In this document: positions 57,325 to 64,000 of the stretch, piece by piece | How the letters are laid out: each line of letters opens with the position of its first letter | How positions within the stretch are numbered: the stretch's first letter is position 1 | Origin: Bacteriovoracia bacterium | Lineage (GTDB): Bacteria; Bdellovibrionota; UBA1018; CAIPTA01 | DNA: 64,000 nt | Assembly (NCBI GenBank): GCA_050246755.1 | Contig: JBFWVL010000008.1 | Span: 1 to 64,000, forward strand | Reading direction: 5' to 3' | The notes under the pieces: model-generated | Seen by the model: the letters and a program-made list of their open reading frames with translations, nothing else | The model's database searches: none | What the model was told of the DNA's origin: nothing | Made by a program: the position numbers and the translations under genes

Positions 57325-58098
57325 CTAAATCCCTTTGTCGAATTTATCTTTGTCGGCGCGCGTGGCCGCGAACACTTTTGCCAAAGGCACATCCGCGCCC
57401 AGGCCCATCGCCGCTCGCAAATGCTCTGGCCGCAAGAAAGGATTCGCGGCCTTCTCCGCGCCCAGCAGAGTGGGCACGGTGCTTTTACCCGTCGCCCGCA
57501 AAGCGCGCGCTTCCATCGCCATCGCCACGAGCTGGGGATTATTTGGATCCACGGTGAGGGCGTAGGCAGCATTGTCGAGCGTATATTCGTGTGAGCCGTA
57601 CACGAGAGTATCGTCGGGTAGCGCGCGCAGACGGGAAATGGTTTCCCACATCTGTTCCGGGCTGCCTTCGAATAACTTCCCGCAGCCGAGGGAGAAAATT
57701 ACGTCTCCGCTGAAGAGCGCTTTGCTCGCGGGCATCCAGTAGGCGATATGCCCGATGGTATGTCCGTCGGCAGCGAAAACTTTCACCTGCTCGGCGCCAA
57801 AAAAAAACTCCTCGCCGCCGGAAACCAGCCGGGAAATTCCTGGGATGCGTGCTTGATCGCGGGCATTTCCGATAATTTCGCAGCCGAAGCGCGCCTTCAA
57901 TTCGAGGTTTCCCCCGATATGATCGGGATGGTGGTGGGCATTGAGAATAGAATGTAAGCCCCAGCCGCGGGCCCCGAGAAAATCGATCACGATCCGGGCC
58001 AACGTGGGATCCACCACCGCTACCAGTCCCGAGGTAGGCTCGCGTAAGATATAAATATAGTTATCGCTGAGCGCGGGGAGCTGATGAACCTCGATCAC
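57325..58098 (-). CDS. gloB: Hydroxyacylglutathione hydrolase (glyoxalase II)
   Basis: DNY, HHHPDH, GHT.GH, GCG, HEYT..N, NPFLR. Confidence 0.93.
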   Translation of the reverse strand: MIEVHQLPALSDNYIYILREPTSGLVAVVDPTLARIVIDFLGARGWGLHSILNAHHHPDHIGGNLELKARFGCEIIGNARDQARIPGISRLVSGGEEFFFGAEQVKVFAADGHTIGHIAYWMPASKALFSGDVIFSLGCGKLFEGSPEQMWETISRLRALPDDTLVYGSHEYTLDNAAYALTVDPNNPQLVAMAMEARALRATGKSTVPTLLGAEKAANPFLRPEHLRAAMGLGADVPLAKVFAATRADKDKFDKGI

Positions 58099-58544
58099 CT
58101 GCCCTCCCGCGAGTCCAGCAGGATGGTTACGGGACCGTCATTGACGAGCGCCACTTGCATGTCGGCGCCGAATACCCCGCACTCTACCTTCAACCCGGTG
58201 GCTCGCATACGCGTGAGAAACTCTTCGTAGACCGGAATCGCTCGCGCCGGGCGGGCAGCCCCGATGAAAGAAGGCCGGTTGCCCTTGGCGGTTTCGGCGA
58301 TCAACGTGAACTGCGAAACCACGAGTAGGGCTCCGCCGGCGTCGACCACCGAGAGATTCATCTTACCGGCTTCATCGGCGAAGATTCGCAGCGCAGGAAT
58401 TTTCCTGGCCAGGTACTCCAAGTCCTCGGAAGTATCGGTCTCGGCAATGCCCAATAGCACCAGTAATCCAGCACCGATTTCCCCTTGCACGGCTCCTTCG
58501 ATGGAGACTGAGGCCGACTTTACTCTTTGAACCAATGAGCGCAT
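58095..58544 (-). CDS. dtd: D-aminoacyl-tRNA deacylase
   Basis: QRV, SQFTL, FGADM, NDGPVT. Confidence 0.95.
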   Translation of the reverse strand: MRSLVQRVKSASVSIEGAVQGEIGAGLLVLLGIAETDTSEDLEYLARKIPALRIFADEAGKMNLSVVDAGGALLVVSQFTLIAETAKGNRPSFIGAARPARAIPVYEEFLTRMRATGLKVECGVFGADMQVALVNDGPVTILLDSREGR

Positions 58545-58557
58545 CTAACTCTCCGGG

Positions 58558-60525
58558 CTAACCGCCCAAAGAAGCCAATGTCTGCTTGGCATTCATGGGA
58601 GGCAAGCAAGTCTTATCCTTGCAGAGGTAGCCCACGCAATCCGCCTGACTATCTTTTCCCGCCAAAATTGGTATCGCCCGCCCATCGGCCAGGCCTAAGC
58701 TGAGCCGCGGATGAAAATGAGAGCGGAGCGTGCGCACCAAATTATTCCTTTGCGCCTCATTTTTCCCTGAAACCACGAGGACGGCCGGGGCGTGATGCAG
58801 GAATAGCGCCTGAGCCGCCGCGGCCAGCCCAAAAGGAGACTTTTCTAAAAGAGGACGCTGGAAAGCCAGCAGTTCCGCAGCACGGGCGCTCAACGCCGAT
58901 TCCATAAAATATTCTCCCAGCCGGATCAGGTTCCGGCAGGCCACAGAATTTGGAGAAGGCAACGCGCCGTCGGCCTTATCTTTTATACGCATCACCAGAT
59001 TTTTTTCTTCGCGAGAAGCGGTGAAATAGCCGCCCTTTTCGTCATCCCAAAACTGCGCATCGAAAACACGCTGCAGTTCCCGCGCCCACGTGAGCCACTG
59101 CGTATCGAAGGTAGCCTGGTAAAGGTGCAAAAGCCCTTCTACCAAATAGACGTAGTCGGCGGCCGTGCCGGCATAGCGGGCCTCCCCGCCGGCGTAGCGG
59201 CGCAAGAGAGTTCCGTCTTTCCACAACGTAGCTTGCAGCCAGGTGGCGGCGTGCACGGCGGCGGCGGTATAGCGCGCATCGCCCAACACGGAACCTGCGT
59301 GAGCAAACGCGGAAATAGCGAGGCCGTTCCAGGCGGTGAGAATTTTTTCGTCGCGGTGAGGACGCTTCCGGGAATTCCGAAGGGCTACAAGCTTTTCCCG
59401 CATAGCCTCAAAGCGTGGAGAGCGCGATTCCGCCCAGTCCGCGGCGCTCGCGAGGTGCAGGATATTCGTGCCGTGTTCGAAATTTCCCGCCTGGGAAACC
59501 GGGTAAATGCGCCGGAACTCCTCGAAGTCCTCACCCAGAGCGGATTTCAACTCCCCAAAAGAAAAAACGTAGAAGTCCCCTTCCCTTTTTACGTCGCCGG
59601 CATCCTCCGCACTAAAAAATGCGCCCTCGGGGGAGAGCATGTCGCGCAACAAATAGTCTAAGGTCGCGCGCGCGACGTCGCTAAAAATTTTCTTGCCGGT
59701 GCACTGAAAAGCCTCCAAGTAGGAAAATGCCAAAAGGGAATTATCGTACAGCATTTTCTCGAAGTGCGGAACCAGCCATCGCTCATCGGTGGAATAGCGG
59801 TGGAAACCTCCGCCGAGCTGATCAAAGATTCCCCCGCAAGCCATGGCCTCGAAAGATCTTTCCGCAATCGCCATATTTTTCTCGCCGCCAAGGCGCAGGA
59901 GCAGCCGGAGATTCATCGATAAAGGAAATTTAGGCGCGCTTCCAAAGCCGCCGTGGGCTTCGTCGAAGCTAGCGGAGCAATGCTGCTCGAAACGCGCGAA
60001 AATTTGCTCGTCAGAAATTTTCTCACCGCGAATGGTCTCTCGCTGTTCTCGCTCAGTTAAAGTCGCGAGCACGCTCTTCCCCCCTGCGACCAGCTGCGCA
60101 CGCTGGTCGCGCCAAAAGGAAGAAATTTTTTCGAGAAGCTGCAAAAAATTTGGATACGGAATATAAGTTCCGCCCCAGAAAGGCTGAAGGTCAGGCGTAA
60201 GAAACACGCTCATGGGCCAGCCACCATGCCCGGTCATGGCTACCACCGCGTCCATGTAGATTTCGTCCACTTCGGGATGCTCTTCCCGGTCTACTTTTAC
60301 GGCAACGAAGCCACTCAGGGCCGCCGCCACTTCTTCGCGCTCGAAGCACTCCTTCTCCATCACGTGGCACCAGTAACAAGTGGAATAGCCGATCGAGAGA
60401 AAAATAGGTTTATGCTCAGTGCGGGCTTTAGCGAAGGCTTCTTCTCCCCAGGGATACCAGTCCACCGGATTCTCCGCGTGCTGCAGAAGGTACGGGCTTT
60501 TTTCTTTCCCGAGGCGATTCTTCAT
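58558..60525 (-). CDS. YyaL/DUF255 thioredoxin-domain protein
   Basis: [35 protein letters not shown]. Confidence 0.92.
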   Translation of the reverse strand: MKNRLGKEKSPYLLQHAENPVDWYPWGEEAFAKARTEHKPIFLSIGYSTCYWCHVMEKECFEREEVAAALSGFVAVKVDREEHPEVDEIYMDAVVAMTGHGGWPMSVFLTPDLQPFWGGTYIPYPNFLQLLEKISSFWRDQRAQLVAGGKSVLATLTEREQRETIRGEKISDEQIFARFEQHCSASFDEAHGGFGSAPKFPLSMNLRLLLRLGGEKNMAIAERSFEAMACGGIFDQLGGGFHRYSTDERWLVPHFEKMLYDNSLLAFSYLEAFQCTGKKIFSDVARATLDYLLRDMLSPEGAFFSAEDAGDVKREGDFYVFSFGELKSALGEDFEEFRRIYPVSQAGNFEHGTNILHLASAADWAESRSPRFEAMREKLVALRNSRKRPHRDEKILTAWNGLAISAFAHAGSVLGDARYTAAAVHAATWLQATLWKDGTLLRRYAGGEARYAGTAADYVYLVEGLLHLYQATFDTQWLTWARELQRVFDAQFWDDEKGGYFTASREEKNLVMRIKDKADGALPSPNSVACRNLIRLGEYFMESALSARAAELLAFQRPLLEKSPFGLAAAAQALFLHHAPAVLVVSGKNEAQRNNLVRTLRSHFHPRLSLGLADGRAIPILAGKDSQADCVGYLCKDKTCLPPMNAKQTLASLGG

Positions 60526-62297
60526 AGCACTTCCTCCCAAGGCTTCGACACGGCAAAGGCCGCTAGGATCTGGCCCACGTGGGAATAAGCCTGGGGAAAG
60601 TTTCCAAGCTGCTGCTTCCGGGAGGGGTCGAAGTGCTCGGCCAAAAGTCCTAGGTTATTTTTCGCCACCAGTAATTTGTCCATGAGCTTACGGGCTCTTT
60701 CCTTTTCACCCACCCGCACCAATGCTTGTACCAGCCAATAAGAACAAATGAGAAACGCCGAGGCCGGCCGGCCGAAATCGTCTTTGCGGATATAGCGGTA
60801 CAAAAACCCTTCTCCGGTTTGGGGATCCTGGAACGTGAGCTCCCTCTCGAGCCGCAGCACGGTTTCCCGGCATAAGTCTACGTCGGGGAATCTAAGAAGC
60901 GGCATCAACAATAAAGACGCGTCAGGCGTAGCATCGGTTGGGCCGTTGCCCACGTAACCATCCACGGAGGCCTTGCGCAGGGCCGCTTCCGCGCGCGCCA
61001 GCTCGGCCTTTAGGTCGAGCCCCAGTTCGGCAAGATAGCCGGCCTTCTGAATGGAGAACGCGCGCTCGATTCCCGCCCAGCAAAGCAGGTTTGAAAAGGA
61101 ATGCTCTTGCCAGCCGTCCCGGATTTCCCAAAGGCCGGCATCGGGCCGAGAAATATTCTTCACACAAAAGCGCGTGAGGCTCGCGATCAGCTCCTCATGT
61201 TCGGGCGTGCGCAGGTGGTAAAAACGCTCGTCGAAATAAATCGGCGCGACGGCCGTGAGCATTTCCCCGTATACGTCGTTCTGGGTATGCTCCGCGGCCT
61301 GATTTTTTGAGCGCACCGGCTGGGAATTTCCGAAGCCGGCCCAGTTATCATGTTCCTTTTCCGGCAGGGGAACTTGGCGGTCCAGCGCATAAACGGGACG
61401 CAGCCGATCGGTAGAATCTTCATGTGCCTTGGCCACGGAGAGTAGGAATTTGAGAAAGCCTTCCATCTCCTCGAAATGCCCAAGCTGGTGAAATGCATTG
61501 AGCACGAAAGAGGCGTCCCTTAACCAGCAGAAACGGTAGTCCCAATTCCGGGTATGACCGGACTCTTCGGGTAACGAAGTGGTAAGCGCGGCGAGAATGG
61601 CACCCGTATCTTCGTAGCAATGGAGTTTGAGCGCGAGGGCGGAACGAATGGTGTCGGCCTGGTATTCGGAGGGAATATTGCAGTGTCGAACCCAGATGCG
61701 CCAGTAGTCGATTGTCTGGTGAAGGAAATTTTCCGTCACTTGCACGAGGTCGTCTTCGAGCGCGAAATTCCAGGTGAGGCCGAAATACGTTTTTTCCATC
61801 AGCGAAAACGACTGCCCTTCGGCAAGGTACGTCATGGGCATAGTAGTCCAAAGACGTAGAACATCTCCCCGGATATCGAAGCGAAGGTGACTGCTTCCTC
61901 GCGCGGCCACCACGGCCTCCTTCTCCCAGCCAGACACCGGTTTGCATTCGACCTGCACCGTGGGGTGGCCACTCAGCGGTTCCAAGATACGAAACGCGCC
62001 GAAGGGACGAAACGTGCGCCCGAACTGCATAAAACGGGGACAAAAATCGGTAATGCGATAGGAATCACCATTCTTCAGCCGAACGGTCGTCACCAGCACG
62101 TTAGTATTACGAATATATTCCTGCGTCGAAGTTTCTACGTCGGGAGAATAGACGGAGAAGTGTCCTCCATTTTCATCGAGTAAACGCCCAAAAACCGGTG
62201 GACTATCGGGGCGGGGAAGGCATAGCCATTCCATGGAACCGGTCTGACTAACAAGTGCGGCGATTTGGCAATTTCCTATTAATCCATATGGATACAT
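60522..62297 (-). CDS. Glycoside hydrolase family 15 (trehalase/glucoamylase-like)
   Basis: [35 protein letters not shown]. Confidence 0.92.
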   Translation of the reverse strand: MYPYGLIGNCQIAALVSQTGSMEWLCLPRPDSPPVFGRLLDENGGHFSVYSPDVETSTQEYIRNTNVLVTTVRLKNGDSYRITDFCPRFMQFGRTFRPFGAFRILEPLSGHPTVQVECKPVSGWEKEAVVAARGSSHLRFDIRGDVLRLWTTMPMTYLAEGQSFSLMEKTYFGLTWNFALEDDLVQVTENFLHQTIDYWRIWVRHCNIPSEYQADTIRSALALKLHCYEDTGAILAALTTSLPEESGHTRNWDYRFCWLRDASFVLNAFHQLGHFEEMEGFLKFLLSVAKAHEDSTDRLRPVYALDRQVPLPEKEHDNWAGFGNSQPVRSKNQAAEHTQNDVYGEMLTAVAPIYFDERFYHLRTPEHEELIASLTRFCVKNISRPDAGLWEIRDGWQEHSFSNLLCWAGIERAFSIQKAGYLAELGLDLKAELARAEAALRKASVDGYVGNGPTDATPDASLLLMPLLRFPDVDLCRETVLRLERELTFQDPQTGEGFLYRYIRKDDFGRPASAFLICSYWLVQALVRVGEKERARKLMDKLLVAKNNLGLLAEHFDPSRKQQLGNFPQAYSHVGQILAAFAVSKPWEEVL

Positions 62298-62367
62298 AAC
62301 TACGTATTCTACACCGTTTCCCTACCGTAAAGATGCGAGAGCGGCTTTCTTGCACTAAAATAAACTT

Positions 62368-64000
62368 ATGAGTCTATCGCTCCGCTTCATATTACCGCTT
62401 TTAATTGCGCTTTCCGTCATAACATACGGAACCATGACCCTTACCGACCGCTTGGTAATGAATTGGTTCATACGGGACGTGGAAATCCGCTCAAAACTTA
62501 TTACGCACACCCTAAGCGACGCGATTGATGCGGCCCTTAAAGAGAAAAAGCAGGCGGAGCTCCAGCGCCGTATCGCCTATATTTTTCGCAACGCCACGAT
62601 CGATGACCGCCTCTACGCCATCGCCTTTTGCGACCGGTCGGGGAAAATGATTTCCGCCTCGGAATTATTTCCCCAGTCGCTTACCTGCGTGGGAGCACTG
62701 AACCTCCCTACCCTAAGATCCTCGGTGGTCCAAATTGGCAAAGCTCCAGTGCATGTGACCTACGCGAGCGTAGATTCCGAAATTGGAAATATCGGCTCCT
62801 TGATTCTCGTGCACGACCTCAGCTTTATTTCGCGGCGAACCACTGAAACTAAACAGTATCTTTTTTACTTTTTCGCCATCCTTTCGGTGATCACCTCGCT
62901 GGTAACGGTGGTGGTGGCGCAGCTTTCCTGGCGTGGCTGGGTGAATGGGATGCGTTCCGTGCTCAGCGGCGAGGGAATTTTCCGCCGTCCCTTTAGTCCC
63001 ACGCTTTCCCCGGAGCTCAAACCCCTCGTGAAGGACTTGCGGGCACTAGTCAGGGAAATTGAATCCGACAAGGCCATTCGCGATGAAGGCAGTATTTCCT
63101 GGAGCGCGGAAACCCTTCGGGAAATCCTCCGTAAAGATCTGGCCGGCGAAGAAGTGCTCACCGTTTCCAATCGCGAGCCGTATATCCACGTGAAGCGCGG
63201 AGATAAAATTGAGACCCAGTTTCCGGCTTCCGGCCTAGTGAGCGCCCTCGAGCCGGTGATGCGGGCATGTTCCGGCACTTGGATCGCCCACGGCAGCGGA
63301 AATGCCGATAAGGAAGCGGTGGACGCCCACGATCGCGTGCGAGTTCCCCCGAATAATCCTTCTTACCAAATCCGCCGGGTTTGGCTGACACCGGAAGAAG
63401 AAAAGGGCTATTACTACGGTTTCTCCAACGAAGGCCTGTGGCCTCTTTGTCACGTGGCTCATACGCGCCCGATTTTCCGCACGAGCGATTGGGAAGCCTA
63501 TATCGCGGTGAATAAGAAATTCGCGCAGGCCGTGATCGAAGAAAGCCGTACCGAAGATCCGGTGGTGCTAGTTCAGGATTATCACTTCGCTCTACTCCCC
63601 CGCATGATCAAGGAAAGACTTCCGCGCGCCACCGTGATTACTTTCTGGCATATCCCATGGCCGAACCCGGAAGTGTTCGGCATCTGTCCCTGGCGAGAAG
63701 AAATTCTTCAGGGAATGCTCGGCTCCAGTATTTTGGGATTCCATACTCGCTTTCATTGCAATAATTTCATCGACACCGTAGATCGTTTCCTCGAGGCTAG
63801 GATCGACCGCGAAACGAATACCATTGCCTCGGGTGGGCAGCTCACGGCCGTGCGCAACTATCCCATTTCTATCGAGTGGCCTTCGCAGTGGAGTGAAAAC
63901 CAAGAAGCCATCTCCACCTGCCGCCGCCTGGTGCGCGAAAAAATAGGAATCGCGGCCGACATAAAAATAGGAATCGGCGTGGACCGCCTCGACTATACCA
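62368..64000 (+). CDS. otsA: Trehalose-6-phosphate synthase (GT20) with N-terminal membrane/sensor-like extension; runs off the window end
   Basis: Not in the ORF track (no stop). Own translation MSLSLRFILPLL..; SNREPY, ASGLVSAL, YYGFSNEGLWPLCH, QDYH, FWHIPWP, GVDRLDYT. Confidence 0.9.
   Translation, partial: MSLSLRFILPLLIALSVITYGTMTLTDRLVMNWFIRDVEIRSKLITHTLSDAIDAALKEKKQAELQRRIAYIFRNATIDDRLYAIAFCDRSGKMISASELFPQSLTCVGALNLPTLRSSVVQIGKAPVHVTYASVDSEIGNIGSLILVHDLSFISRRTTETKQYLFYFFAILSVITSLVTVVVAQLSWRGWVNGMRSVLSGEGIFRRPFSPTLSPELKPLVKDLRALVREIESDKAIRDEGSISWSAETLREILRKDLAGEEVLTVSNREPYIHVKRGDKIETQFPASGLVSALEPVMRACSGTWIAHGSGNADKEAVDAHDRVRVPPNNPSYQIRRVWLTPEEEKGYYYGFSNEGLWPLCHVAHTRPIFRTSDWEAYIAVNKKFAQAVIEESRTEDPVVLVQDYHFALLPRMIKERLPRATVITFWHIPWPNPEVFGICPWREEILQGMLGSSILGFHTRFHCNNFIDTVDRFLEARIDRETNTIASGGQLTAVRNYPISIEWPSQWSENQEAISTCRRLVREKIGIAADIKIGIGVDRLDYT

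Overview
Bacterial DNA that looks like Bdellovibrionota/Oligoflexia, inferred from a Bd0055-type histone, a deltaproteobacterial pilBTC-pilSR-pilD locus and many orphan secreted proteins. The window has two parts. (1) 1-10140 is a mosaic with three abrupt mid-gene junctions (~5660, ~6690, ~10140), most simply explained as concatenated or mis-joined contigs. It holds an MTAP + TIGR04283/TIGR04282-type transferase + DUF3047-like cluster, a sigma54 promoter preceded by five CTCCG-N6-CGGAG palindromes, and a type IV coupling protein fused to a TraU-like domain. (2) 10141-64000 is continuous chromosome. It carries the type IV pilus locus, a complete clustered shikimate pathway with an AroD-AroE-AroA triple fusion, speA divergent from a bacterial histone, an M16 protease pair, and an operon encoding a 1071-aa pseudo-receiver/disordered protein plus an HD-GYP protein. 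Further on are prc, a coupled asnB-gshB pair, murD, gloB, dtd and trehalose genes. Two diverged copies of a ~146-bp element with terminal inverted repeats each abut a sigma28-like promoter. No rRNA, tRNA or CRISPR array was seen. All calls come from motif recognition by eye; no searches were run.
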